Shown: positions 14,601 through 27,960, counted from the stretch's first letter. The stretch: 64,000 nucleotides of DNA from Paraspadella gotoi (GCA_051294375.1 CM119267.1:9660339-9724338), one strand, 5' to 3'. The notes: generated by a model from the sequence alone, not told the origin. A program made the numbers and translations.

Positions 14601-15135
14601 TTCATCTCACCTGTCTCTCAGTCTCATGCCAACGTGCCTAACTTCGCGAACTCTAAATCACATGCGTGAGCAATTAGTTCTGGTGCAAAAACATATGATA
14701 ACCCGAATTAGGGAGAAGAAAGGGGTGAATTATGGTGTCTTATAAGAAAATAGATAGAGGCGCGAGTGAGGACGTGATTGGTGCGCTGAGTGAGTGCAGG
14801 GTCTCCAACTGCGAGAGGCAAGAGGAGTGGCGCACAAGAGGAAGAGTGGGACAACAAGGATTATAAAGAGGGAGAGAGAAAATGCAGCGATAGACATCGT
14901 GGTGCTTAATGTCTACATGCATTCCGCCCCGTTCGCCATGCTTTACTTCTGCGACTTATTTTCTTCACACGCTCTCCTCTCATCTATCTACAAGATACGT
15001 CTCTACCCAACGTAACTCCCTCTCCCCACTCATTCTCTCTTCTCTCTCTCTCCCCCGGGCTCGCTCATGTAAAACCGGCGCAAGTCTTCATCTAGTTATC
15101 ATCAGCACAANNNNNNNNNNNNNNNNNNNNNNNNN

Positions 15136-18100
15136 TGATTTTTGTTCATTGTAGAGGAAAAAAAAAATTTGGAAAATGCGTCTTCTAAAAAAATTTTTTA
15201 ACGGAAATGGAAATTCCTACTATATAAGTATATAGTAGTATATAGTANNNNNNNNNNNNNNNNNNNNNNNNNNNNNNNNNNNNNNNNNNNNNNNNNNNNN
15301 NNNNNNNNNNNNNNNNNNNNNNNNNNNNNNNNNNNNNNNNNNNNNNNNNNNNNNNNNNNNNNNNNNNNNNNNNNNNNNNNNNNNNNNNNNNNNNNNNNNN
15401 NNNNNNNNNNNNNNNNNNNNNNAAAAAAAGGAGATCTACTCGAAAATTGGATGCGAAAAGAGATATGCGTCGAAAAGTCCAGATTGGTTTCCGTTTGGAG
15501 TGGGAGGGGAGTTCGGAAAGGAGCCGTAAATGTCGCGATTCCATTGGAAGGTGAGTGAGGTGGTGATCGGGGGGGGGATTGTTGGGGGAGGTGAATTGGC
15601 GCGGCCTCGCACCTGCCGATTGGAAATTACGTCTCAGACGGAATCACTTCTCTTTTTTTTCGTAAATTTTCTTTTCTCTTTATTTTTTTTCTTTTCTTTT
15701 TTTATTTCTCTTCATTTATTTTTTTCTTTTTCATTTCTTTCTTTTCTTTTCTTTTCTTTTCTTTTCTTTTCTTTTCTTTTCTTTTCTTTTCTTTTCTTTT
15801 CTTTTCTTTTCTTTTTCTTTTTCTTTTCTTTTCTCTATGTTTTTTAAGCTCTTCTCTTCTTTCTTTTAATTTTCATACATATAGTACTTACCCGCTTAGA
15901 CAAGAATATTTTGCACGTGAAGAAAGGGGAAAAAACTTACATGTACAATTGTACATCGAATTGTCCATCGCTAAACAACTAAGGTCGCTTACATAAAAGC
16001 CAAAAAACCTCTTCCTTCAAAGCACACTCCCCCAGCCCGCCAAGGACCATTTTGCACAAGCGGGCTTTTCGCAGTTTGGATTCGCTCAAGTTCTCGCGAC
16101 GGCGGGTTAAAACAACAGTGCCAAGGCGAGGCAGGCAGTCACCAGGTGCCCAGCGTCGAAGCCTTCCATTTTGAACTGTTCAGCTGCAACCAACCCGACT
16201 TTTGAGACATCAGTCCGACGGAGGTAAAAACAGAAAAGGATTGAAATCGCGAGAAAAGGAAAAAAAGGAAAAAAAAGAAAGAAAAAAGAAAAAGAAAAAT
16301 TGTCTTGGAGAGACAAGGAAATAGTCGAGAATGCGTCTTAATATGCTATGCCCAGGACACAAGAAGCACACCAAAAGAACAACACTCGCACCACACCAAG
16401 ATGTTCGGAGAATCACACGCGAGAATATTAATTCAAATAACCACTTGAGATTCGCCAGGAGAAAAGATTCTCTCTCCCTCTCTCCCTCTCTCCCTCTCTC
16501 TTTCTCCCCCAGCCCGTTCCTTTCTCCTCTCGTTCCCTCCCTCCCGCCTCTCTCTTCCTACCCTCACTCTCTCATCCCTTCTCAGTGCCTCAGGTCGCTG
16601 TATCGCGGGGGGTATCAGAGTCCTCTCTCTTCTCTCTCTCTCTCCATCTCTCTCCCCTTTTCAATCCCATTCGTCAACCGTCCAATCCCTCCCTTGAGGG
16701 CCGACAAGCGGAAGATGTTAGTTGTCTCTCAACAAACGCTTTTTTTTTCAAATTTTTCCTCTTGTAAAACAACAAAAAGGACCGCCGCCGTCGCCGAGCG
16801 TCGCGCCTCCCCGCCAGCCGGGCCGTCGCGCCGCCGCCATCGCCGCCCCGCCGCCACAAACCGCCACACCGGGCCCACGCAGGCCGACAAACGACCGACG
16901 AGGACACAATCTACTCCGTCGGAACGAAGACCAGACTTGGTTAGAATTTGTTTAGTCAAAAAAAGCGACAATTTGGACGCGAACATCAACTTTGCTTTAT
17001 TCGACCTGCATCTGATTTATGCAAACGCGTCGCCCCGAAAAAAAAAAACAACCAAAACGGGCCAATCAGAAAAAAAGGGAAGAAGAAACCTAAGTATTGG
17101 TGAATCAAGGTCCGGGAACGTATCAAACGGGACTATCACGAGTCACATCTTGTGCATCGGCCTCGGTGGCCGGTTAAATCGATGTAAAAAGGAACGCGTG
17201 TACGCGACGAAGGAAGGGAAGGGGAAGAGGAGGATAAGGATCCTGGCAAACATCTCCGACCCTAGGGATTCTGGGGTTTCGGCCCTTTCGTAACGGCCCT
17301 TGCGAATAGCAAGTGACTGATGGCGGCCAGGCCGGTCTGAGCTATCGGTAGCAACACCGGATCTGTAGTTCCGTGTATTACGGCAGATGGACGCGTAAGG
17401 GCACGAATCGTCCAGACCCGGCGCAGTGGGGCAGTGGGCCAGTGTGGGTTATCGCACAATCACCATTAACGTCCGAAGGGGAACGGGGCTTGTTTTCCTC
17501 TTCATATGGTTTTCATTAGCCAGGCTCAACACCCGAAGGGCCCGTCTTAAATGCTTCTTCTTTTCAGCGCTTCTCCTCATTCATCCCCAGTCCGTACTTT
17601 TATTTCACCTAGGCGGCCAATCAAATAATGGGTTTCTGAATCTTGATCATCGAGGGTCGTGGTTATATCGCGATTCTCCAGTCCTGACTTACACGTGAAA
17701 AGAGGGACGGATTCTTGGTTCAAGAGGAATAGAGATCATCTAGAATATGGGCGGACGCTCATTCCGCTGCTCCTTCTCCTTCAGATAAAAAAAAAGAAGA
17801 TTTATGGTCCGTTAAAAGATTAGCGCATACATTACATTTTGTTATTCAAAATACGTTGAGATTTCTTCGTTTAAAATTTAAATACACATCAGCATCATCG
17901 CAGGAAATGGATTGAAGGTAATCTCTAAAGATTCTCTTCTTCGCATTATATTGTTCGTTTTATTCCCGGCAAATCACTCTCACATCTTATTTCGGTTCCC
18001 GAATTCCAAATCTCCTCCGCCCCCTCCGCCACCGCCCTCTCCACAAACTCCCGCCCCTTCTACTTTTCGCTCAATGATTTTCTTCCACTTCGCGTTCTGC

Positions 18101-21100
18101 CCTTCGTGTCCGAATGAGTAAAGCGTCGCAATTCCGATGAGATGAATTTACGATCGAACACCCGATCCTGGTTTTGACTTTTGTAGCAGAATATTATAAT
18201 TTTAAGAGATAACAAGAAAGTTATAAAAGTGTTGGCAAATAAGATATAATAAATCTTAGGATGTATATATATAAGATATAGTAAGGCGAAGTGCCAGTTA
18301 CATACGAAAAAATTCTAAAATACGGTCACATTATGAACAAACATACCATCAGATGAATATTACATATATGTGTAAATAAAAATTAATTTTTATGTGTTTT
18401 AATTTTTCAGGCAGTAGGGCTTTAAATATTTAATATAATAGTAACTATTCTTCCATAAAATCGAAAAAATTTTCAAAATGATGCGTTTTCTTTAATTTTG
18501 ATTGCAGATTTGAATTCCTGCGTCAAAAGTTGATAAAAGAAAATAAAGTCATTTTTAAAAAGAGAGCGTTCAATTAACGTGTTAAAAAACTTAAGAAAAC
18601 TACATTAAATAACAAAAATAAATTTTCAGCTTAAAATATAGCTTTTTCTAAAAAAATTTTTGACGTCCGACTTAATCGAAAGGAACTTTTTCGAAGAGAA
18701 ATGATGTTATATTCGTTTACTTATATCAACTGTTTGTATTATGATCGAAAGATCCAATCTGCAAAAAAATTTTTAGAAAAACTGATTTGAAAATTTAAAA
18801 TATTTATGATAGGGTAGTACTAATAAATATAGCCTACTGCGTAAGTTGCTTAAAAATTTATTATAAATTTTTTTTATTACATAAATGTTTATTAGTAATA
18901 TTGTAGGTATCACACCAGCGTCTTAGGATTCCACTTTTAGAATTTAACTCAAAGTTAAATTTAGAAAAATTTTTATCGTTACGCCTTCACACTATACTTA
19001 GCGTCCATTCGTCCTAAAATTTCGGAGAGGAGTCGCAGAATACTATTCAACTAGAAAGAAATTGTCAAGAATGGCCCCGTACTTTCTAAATTTCAGCGAC
19101 ATAAGCCATATCTACTCTTTTTTTCTTGTCTTCCCCCCCTAAAAATTCGAACAGCACGGCGCCCGCGCGGACGCGCGCGGGGGGGCAGCGGAGAGCCAAA
19201 CGGATTGGCAGCGCGGAAGCAGAAGCACGCGAAAGTTTAATCGAAATGTGGTGGGGTCGCTCAACAGCGACGTTACAAAAGAATCAAATTTGCCAATCTG
19301 CCCTTGTTGGATCGGCCGCAAATCGCTCTCATTAACCAGTGTTCGGTGAGTTACGAAATGGCGATGGATCTTAGGCAGCGGCAAAGATCGAGCTTGGACG
19401 TGAAGAACAGCATTTATTAAAAAGGTCATGTAATTCGAGTTAAGCCCAATAAGTTTCGATAGCCAAATCTAAAAAGAACGCTATAAGAAAATAAAGGACT
19501 TAGGAAGTAAGGAAGAGAGTAAGGGAATAGTAGGTGTTTCCTGACCGGTTCTTAAAGGTGGCTCTCCTTTTAAAAGTTATTGAGTTTGTAAAGTGTAAGC
19601 GCACTAAATATATAAGGAGTTCAATGAGGAAAGGTTCGAAAAGTCTAGGTTCAAAAACCGCATTAGGTGTCAAACTCATTCATTCAACCGATAAGACGTA
19701 ATACCTTTTGGTAAGATTTTCGTGAATTGCCTTGTATCCGACTTTTTTTTGCTTCATAAGATTTGGAGAAGCTAGACCCGGAGAATTGTTTTTTTTCCTT
19801 TAGCGATGATGGGATATTCATTAGCATTGATACGAAAAACGTGGATGTTTGTGGAATTAGTGCCAACTATACTGATAGATGCGTCTCACGTACTTACGAC
19901 ATTCTTATCTGAAGAAGGCGGCAAAAAAGTTGTATTGAAGATAATCGAGAGAAAAATTCTTTTCTCATGGCATTAACGGTGTGCCCCAGTTGATATATGA
20001 TATTCATTGCGCACATACTATACGCTGCGTGTTTATCGTGCCACAGAATAGGATGTTTGTATTTGCTACGTGAGCGGGAGAGTGATCTTATAAGTTAGCT
20101 GATACTATTGAAAGGGTTACTGAGGATGTGAACTTTTATTGAGAAAATGGAAGCGATCGAGTTGGCCGATCTCCGATAAATTCAATTCTAACTAACAAAT
20201 ATCGAATCGGTAATATTCGAGATACACCGCGAGAAGGGCAAATATATTTAATACTAAATAACATACTAATAACTAAATAATAGTAAATAACCAATAAATG
20301 AATAGGAATAATAATAATAATAAGCTAAATATATACCTAAATAATACACTAAATTCAGTTACACTAAATTCGATACATGAATCAGCCTGGTTTCTCTTAA
20401 CGCAATGTTTCAGCGAGTGCCCTCTACAAACAGTTATTTTTTTCTTCTTTAAAAATTTTTCCTCGATATAAATCGTTAACTGGTATATTCGATTTTTTTC
20501 ATTTTTGGCAATGTCTTTATTCTTTCTCAATAAAAAGCGCGAAAGTTTTCCAGTCCTACGTCGCGCCAACACCTGCAAGCTTGTTCATTGTTCGAAAAAA
20601 AGGAAATGGGTCGCGGAACGTCATTAGAGATTCGCGTCGAACTCAATTCACCGCTAGCCGCTCGTAAGAAGTTGGATAGTCGAAGTCTTCGAGAAACAGT
20701 TGAATCACGTCGAACGCCCCATTGCGCTTGAGAAGAGAGGAACATATACGCTCATATATAATTTAGTTTTTTTTTTATCTTTATCGCGACAATTGGTGGA
20801 TGTACCATGGCGAATTTTTCCTCTCGACGAAACCGTGATTAACACGCTTACAAATTTAAAAATGGTAATAGATAACATTGTGTGAAGAAAGATGGGAGGT
20901 TCAAAACAGCGCATATCCTCTCTCTCCCATTCGTTCTTCTCTCGTCCGCTCCAGAAAACTGACCTCACACTGTCGCCAATGCGAAAGATCATCAGTCCAC
21001 ATGGCGGACCGGGGACGTTTGATGTAGCCCAACCATCATGCTGAGCACCGCGATTTCTTCTACGGCGGTTTTTGTCGGATCTTTCGAAAATCCTTCATTC

Positions 21101-22490
21101 TGGCTTTTGGTGCGTACTCACGTTTCAGTGGCCGAGCTCGGGAGAGCGGATCGCGGCTACGCGGGAAGGAAAAATCAGAGTGAAGCGAACTTGTACTTTA
21201 AAAGATATCATATGGTGAATCTACTTGGATTTTAGCTGTGGTTTTTTATCATTAAATGATGTTAATCGCTTTGTAGGCAATTTTATTGATTTATTGAATT
21301 TATTGATTTCCCATTGTTTAAAGTAATAATTACTCTCTACCTTTTTATTTTGGTATTCCACATAAATATGACCCCTCTTTCAGTCTTTTGTCAGCAAATT
21401 TCGTTTAAAAAACAACATAACATGTTACAACCAAAATGATGCCATATCCACTAAACTAATTTTGTGCATTTTAATTTTTGAGCCTGCAAATTTGTATAAA
21501 CCCACAACTTAAAATCGCCGGTCGTGAAAGCATCTTGCCAAAAAGATTAGTTTAGCTTCATTCTCTTTTTACCAAGTTACGATTCCCGTGACGAGAAATT
21601 TGAAGGTTTGACCTCTACCCTTCAAAAAGTCATGGCGTAACAGGCTTCCTCGGAATTAATAATCATAGCAAACTAGACAAGGCTGACGTCCACGAGTCTC
21701 TGGGAACATCGTAAATGCTATTCATTTGTAATTTTTATAAAAAAAATTTGTAAAAATTGTTCGAAAACTAACTTCTGATCGCCCTTCGTCGTCTGAGAGT
21801 CACTTTCAGTAACGAAACCGATTTATTGCGGGCGACGACAAGGAAAAACCAGATGCGAGTGAGCAGGTAGAGTGAGCAGCGATGCGAGCGAGGTGTCGAG
21901 CCGCCCTTTAAAAATTTATGAAAGAGGTTTCGGCCGAAGGAGTAAAACAATGGTCATAAAAATTGAAGCGAGGTCAAGTTTGCGGGATATCTTGAGGCAA
22001 AATCGTAGTCTGAGGTAACCTTGAAACTCTGGGCGTTGATTGCTCAAACCGCAGCCAAAAATCCAAAAGTTAAAACAAAATACCTATAAGTAGTATGTAG
22101 CTATATAGAATGTAGTATATATACTGGATCATAGACTTAACTATATAATTTCGCATTAAAATTTGAGACCTTTATCGTATCAAAGGAAGAATTTTTTATT
22201 TGGGCGCGCCGAGACGCTTGATTTCAATAAAAACATTTTTCATGAATCATTGCGCGCGCGTGTATAACTTAAAATTTTAACGGTGAAAAATAACAAAACA
22301 CGTAAAAACATACCGGAAATGATAAAGATCTTTTTATGTAATTAATTCTCAACCGTTTCGAGAGAAGGAAAGAAAATGAGAGAACAAATTGAAGCAGAAT
22401 TTAAAAGTTATAGGATGAGTGTGGAAGGGGAGAAGAGAGGGAGAGAGGGAGGAGAGCAGGAGAGAGGAGTAGGAGAGGCGAGAGAGAGAC

Positions 22491-22524
<34 letters not shown>

Positions 22525-22561
22525 ACGAAGAGAGAAGAGGAGAAGAGAGCAAAGGAAAAAG
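15136..22561 (+). repeat. Insertion-rich direct copy of 2526-3570 and 22587-27790, including corrupted TM6 (~19155-19346) and TM7 (~20954-21180) exons
   Basis: Colinear matches e.g. 17760-18180 vs 23840-24260 and 21300-22400 vs 26700-27700; copy is longer through scattered 1-2 nt insertions and is bounded by 25-N gaps. Confidence 0.92.
15735..15830. repeat. (CTTTT)n microsatellite
   Basis: More than a dozen consecutive CTTTT units. Confidence 0.95.
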
Positions 22562-24339
22562 NNNNNNNNNNNNNNNNNNNNNNNNNAAAAAGAGAGAGAT
22601 TGGAACTCCTCACACAAAAAGGAAAAAAAGAAGAAAAAAGAAAGAAAAAAGAAAAAGAAAAATTCTTGGAGATGGAAATGAAACAGAACGTGGTTCAGTT
22701 ATTTCCGAACACCAAAAAAAATTCGCAATGTTGGAAGAATCACACGCGAGAATATTAAATAACCATTTTGAGATTGCCAGGAGAAAAGATTCTCTCTCTT
22801 CTCTCCCTCTTCCTCTCTCTTTCTCCCCCACCTCTTTCTCTCTCTCTCTCTCTCTTCCTCTCTCTCTCAGCTCTCTCTCTCTAAATCATCGTCACCGTTC
22901 CAATCCTTGAGGCGGACAAGTCGGAAGGATTGTTCTTGTTCTCACGCTTTTCCATTTTCTCTTGTAAAAAAAAAAAGGACCCCGCCCGTCGCCCGCACGT
23001 CGCCGCCGCCCGCCGCGCCGCGCGCCGCCGCCGCACGCCACCGCCGCCGACAACGACGACGAGACAACTCTCCGTCGGACGAAGACCAGACTTGGTTAGA
23101 ATTTGTTGTCAAAAAGCGAAATTGACGCGAACATCAACTTTCTTTATCGACCTCATCTGATTATGAAACGCTCGCCCAAAAAAAAACAAACAAAACGGGC
23201 CCAATTCAGAAAGGAAGAAGACCCTAAGTATTGGTATGCAAAGGTCCGGAAACGTATCACGGGACATCACATTCTTGTGCACTCGGTGCCGATTAAATCG
23301 ATGTAAAAAGGAACCGTGTACGGACGAAGGAAGGGAAGGGGAAGAGGAGGATAAGGATCCTGGCAACATCTCCGAACCCTAGGGTTCTGGGTTCGAGCCC
23401 TATTCGTAACGGCCCTTGCGAATGAGTGACTGGCGGCCGGCCGGTTGAGCCATCGGTAGCACGACCACCGGATCTGTAGTTCCGGAACGCAATGACGCGT
23501 AAGCAAGAATCGTCCAGACTCACTGGGCAGTGGGCCAGTGGGCCAGTGTGGGTTATCCACAATCCACATCGTCCGAGGGGAACGGCGGCCTTGTTTTCCT
23601 CTTCAATGGTTTTCATTAGCCAGCTAACCCCGAAGGGCCCGTCTTAAATCTTCTTCTTCCCGCTCTTCTCTATTCATCCCCAAGTCCGTACTTTTATTCA
23701 CCTAGGCGCCATAAATAATGGGTTTCTGAATCTTGATCAGTCGAGGGTCGTGGTTAGTCCGATTCCTCAGTTCCTGACTCGTGAAATGAAGGGACGGATT
23801 CTTGGGTTCAAGAGGATAGAGATCATTAGAATATGGGCGGACGCTCATCCGCTTCCTTCTCCTTCAGATAAAAAAAAAAGAAGATTTTATGGTCCGTTAA
23901 GATTATGCGCATACATTACATTTTGTTATTCAAAATACGTTGAGATTCTTCGTTTAAAATTTAAATACACATCAGCATCATCGCAGGAAATGGATTGAAG
24001 GTAATCTCTAAAGATTTCTTCTCTTCGCATTATATTGTTCGATTTATCCCGGCAAATCACTCTTCACTCTTCGGTTCCCGAATTCCAAATTCCTCCGCCC
24101 CCCTCCGCCCCCCCCTCTCCGACACTCCCGCCCCTTCTACTTTTCGCCCAAATGATTTTCTTCCACTCGCGTCTGCCCTTCGTGTCCGAATGAGTAAAGC
24201 GTCGCAATTCCGATGAGATGATTTACGATCGAAACCCGATCCTGGGTTTTGACTTTTGTACAGAATATTATAATTTTAGAGATAAAGAGACTAAAGTTGA
24301 TAAAAGTGTTGGCAAAAAGATAATAAAATCTCAGATGTA

Positions 24340-24760
24340 TATATAATATATAGTAAGGCGTAGTGAAAGTTACATACGAAAATTCTAAATGTCAATTATG
24401 AACAACATACCATCAGTGAATATTAATATGTAAAAAAAATTAATTTTCAGCTTAAAATATAGCTTTTTCTAATTTTTGACCCACTTAATGAAGGAATTTT
24501 TCAAAAAGAGTTATATTTCTTTATATCAACTTTTTATGACGAATCCAAATCTGCAAAAAAATTTTAGAAAAAACTGTTTTGAAATTTTAATATTTATTGG
24601 ATTAGTACTAGTATAAATATAGCCTACTGCGTAAGTTGTAAAATTTATTATAAATTTTTTTATTACATAAATGTTTATTAGTATAATGTTGTTCATTCCT
24701 CACTTTTAGAATTTTAATTAAAGTTAAATTTAGAAATTTTACTACGCCTTAATATATAGT
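24340..24760. mobile_element. AT-rich fold-back/MITE-like element with long imperfect inverted repeats in a GPCR intron (longer copy at ~18270-19000)
   Basis: taaggcgtagt (24354) pairs with actacgcctta (24741); aaattctaaatgtcaattatgaacaacat (24380) pairs with atgttgttcattcctcacttttagaattt (24686). No clear TSD. Confidence 0.55.
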
Positions 24761-24905
24761 CATTCGTTAAAATTTTGAGAGGAGGAGAATATTCAATAGG
24801 AAAGAAATTGTCAAGATGGCCCCCGTATTTAATTTCAGACATCAGCTAAATCCTCACCCTTCTTTCTTTTTCTTGTTTCCCCCCCCCTAAAAATCTCGAA
24901 CGCAG

Positions 24906-25049
24906 GCGCCCGCGACGCGACGGGGGCGCGGAGCCAAACGGCGCGGAAGCAGAGCCGGAAAGTTAATCGAATGGTGGTCGGCGTCATCAGCGCTTACATC
25001 ATTTGCTATCTGCCCTTTTGGATCGCGCAAATCGCTCTCAATTACATCG
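24906..25049 (+). CDS. AstC-R: Allatostatin-C/somatostatin-type GPCR, ICL3-TM6 exon
   Basis: Acceptor cgcag| and donor g|gtgagt, phase 1 at both ends; reads (G)ARDATGARSQTARKQSRKVNRMVVGVISAYIICYLPFWIAQIALNYI, i.e. the RKVxRxV...YxxCxLPxWxxQ TM6 signature of AstC-R/SSTR. Confidence 0.9.
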
Positions 25050-25764
25050 GTGAGTTCGAAATGGATGGATCTAACGGAATCGCTTGGCGTAGTAGAAGAT
25101 TTTATAAGTCATTAATCATAAGCAATAAGTTTGATAGCATCTTAAGACGCATAAGAAGATAAAGACTTAGGAGAGTAAGGAGAGTAAGGATAGTAGGTGT
25201 TTCTGACCGTTTTAAGTGCTTTCTTTTAAAGTTTGAGTTTGTAAATGTAAGGCATTAAATATAAGTTCAATGAGGAAAGTTGAAAAAGTCTATTCGAAAC
25301 CGCATTAGTGTCAAACTCTTTCAACCGAAACGTAATCTTTTGTAAGATTTTCGTGAGATTGCCTTGTATCGACTTTTGCTTCATAAGATTTGAGAAGCTA
25401 ACGAGAATTTTTTTTTTCCTTTAGCGATGATGGTGAATATTATTAGCATTGATACGAAACGTGATTTGTGAATGTGCACAATATACTGATAGACTCACGT
25501 GACTTAACTTTCTTTCTGAAGAAGGGCAAAAAAAGTTATTCAAAATAATCGAGAAAAATCTTTTCTCTGCATTAGTTCCCCGTATATATTCAATTTGCGC
25601 ACATACTATACGTTTTACGCAGAATAGATTTTGTATTTACTGAGGAGTATCTTATAGTTACTATTACTATTACAGTTACTGTGAACTTTTATTTGAAGGA
25701 CGATCGATCGATCTCCGATATACAATTCTAACTAATCGAATCGGTAAATTCGATACACTAAATA

Positions 25765-25885
25765 TATACTAAATAATACTAATACTAAATAATAATAAAT
25801 AAATAAATAAATAAATAATAATAAATAATAATACTAAATATATACTAAATAATACACTAAATTCGATACACTAAATTCGATACAC
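25765..25885. repeat. AT-rich simple repeat (AAAT)n / (TACTAAATA)n with ACACTAAATTCGAT units
   Basis: Directly visible tandem units; same tract at 20250-20380 in the duplicate copy. Confidence 0.85.
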
Positions 25886-26386
25886 CTGGTTTTCTTAACC
25901 AATTTCAGGTGCCCTCTACAAACATTTTTTCTTCTTTAAAAATTTCTCCCAAAAATCGTTTACTGATATTCGATTTTTTCATTTTGGCAATGTCTTTATT
26001 TTTCTCAATAAAAGCCGAAGGTTTCCAGTCCTCGTCGCGCAACACCTGCAACTTGTTCATCGAAAAAAAAAGGGAAAAAAATGGTAGCGACGTCATTAGA
26101 TTCGCTCGAACTCATTCACCGCTTGAGCGCTCGTTGAAGTTGAAGTCGAAGTCTTCACAGTTGACACTCTCGACGCCCACATTGCGCTTGAGAGAGGAGA
26201 CATATACATCATATAAAGTTTTTTTTTTTTTTTATCTTTATCGACAATTTTGTACTCGTGGCTGAATTTTTCTCTCGCGAAAGCGTCGGTTATCACGCTT
26301 ACAAATTAAAAATGTAATAATAACTTTGTGAAGAAAGATGGAGGTTCAAACAGCATATCTCTCTCTCTCTCTCTCTTCTCCCCCAG

Positions 26387-26595
26387 AAACTGACCTCAAC
26401 CTGTCGCCCATGTCGAAGATCATCATCCACATGGCGACGGGGACGTTGATGTACGCCAACTCGATGCTGAACCCGATTCTCTACGCGTTTTTGTCGGAGT
26501 CTTTCAGAAAATCCTTCATTCTGGCTTTTCGGTGCGTCACTCACTTTCATGGCGACTCGCCGGAGAGCGGTCGGCAGCGCGGAAGGAAAAATCAG
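26387..26595 (+). CDS. AstC-R: Allatostatin-C/somatostatin-type GPCR, TM7/helix 8 exon
   Basis: Polypyrimidine tract plus ccccag acceptor, phase 1 joining the TM6 exon (g+aa=E); ETDLNLSPMSKIIIHMATGTLMYANSMLNPILYAFLSESFRKSFILAFRC contains NPxxY and the YAFLSxxFRKSF helix-8 motif; candidate donor cag|gtgaac. Confidence 0.9.
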
Positions 26596-27751
26596 GTGAA
26601 CGAACTTGTACTTAAAGATATATATGGTGAATCTACTTATTTAGCTTGTTTTTAATCATTAAATGATTTTATCGTTTTAGCAATTTTATTGATTTATTGA
26701 TTTATTGATTTCCCATTGTTTAAGTATATTACTTCTACTTTATTATTTTGTATTCACATAAATATGACCTCTTTCAGTCTTTTGTCACAAATTTCGTTTT
26801 AAAAACAACATAACAGTTACAACCAAAGATGCCATATTCCACTAATACTAATTTTGTTGCATTTTAATTTTTGAGCCTACAAATTTTACCACAACTTAAA
26901 ATCCCGGTCGTAAACATCGTTTGCAAAAAAGATTTAGTTTACTTTTCTTTTTACCAAGTTACGGATTCCCGTGACAAGAATTTGAAGTGTTTACCTACCT
27001 TCAAAATCTCCTCGGAATTAATAATCATGCAAACTAAACAAGGCTTGACGTCCACGAGTCTCTGGGAAATCGTAAGCTATTCATTTTAATTTTAAAAAAA
27101 ATTGTAAAAATTGTTCGAACTACTCTGATTCGCCCTTCGTCGTCTGAGAGTCACTTCTAGTATCGAAAAACGATTTATTGCGGGCGACGACGGAAAAACC
27201 AGGATGCAGAGTGAGAGGGGGAGCAGGCCTTTAAAAATTTATGAAAGAGTTCGCCGAAGGGTAAAAATGGTCATAAAAATTGAACGAGGCAAGTTTGCGG
27301 ATATCTTGAGGCAAAATCGTAGTTGAGGTAACTTGAAACTGCGTTGATTGCTCAAACCGCAGCCAAAAAGTCAAAGTTAAAACAAATACCTATATAGTAC
27401 CTATGTAGGTATATATATACTATATATACTGTCTATCAACTTAATATATATTTCCATTAAAATTTGAGACTTATCATATCAAAGTAAGAATTTTATTGGG
27501 CGCCCGAACCTTTTTCAAAACATTTTCATGATCATCCGTGTGTATAACTTAAATTTTAACGGTGAAAAATTAACAAAACACTAAAAACAACCGTAAAATG
27601 ATTAAAGATCTTTTTAGTATTTTCTCAACCGTTTCGAGAAGGAAAGAAAATATGAGAGACAAAATTGAAAGAATTTAAGAAGTTAGGATGGGTGGTGGGA
27701 AGGGGGAGAGAGGGAGAGAGGGAGAGAGGGAGAGAGAGAGGAGAGAGAGGA

Positions 27752-27794
<43 letters not shown>

Positions 27795-27911
27795 AAAAGA
27801 GGTTAGAGACCTGAACCATTAAGTCAGAAGAGAAAAATGCTTGGGTAGGGATGTTTACAGGCAATTAGGGCGTCGGCAAAGATTTTTTTCTTTCCTCCTT
27901 TCTTTCTCTTG

Positions 27912-27960
<49 letters not shown>

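Noticed and set aside
16331-17293. Longest ORF in the track (320 aa)
   Set aside because: Lies in the noisy duplicate; not preserved in the cleaner copy at 22730-23400; spans microsatellite and GC-rich intronic sequence.
19126-21235. Second GPCR paralogue or pseudogene
   Set aside because: Differences are insertion noise spread evenly over exons and introns; better explained as a raw-read copy.
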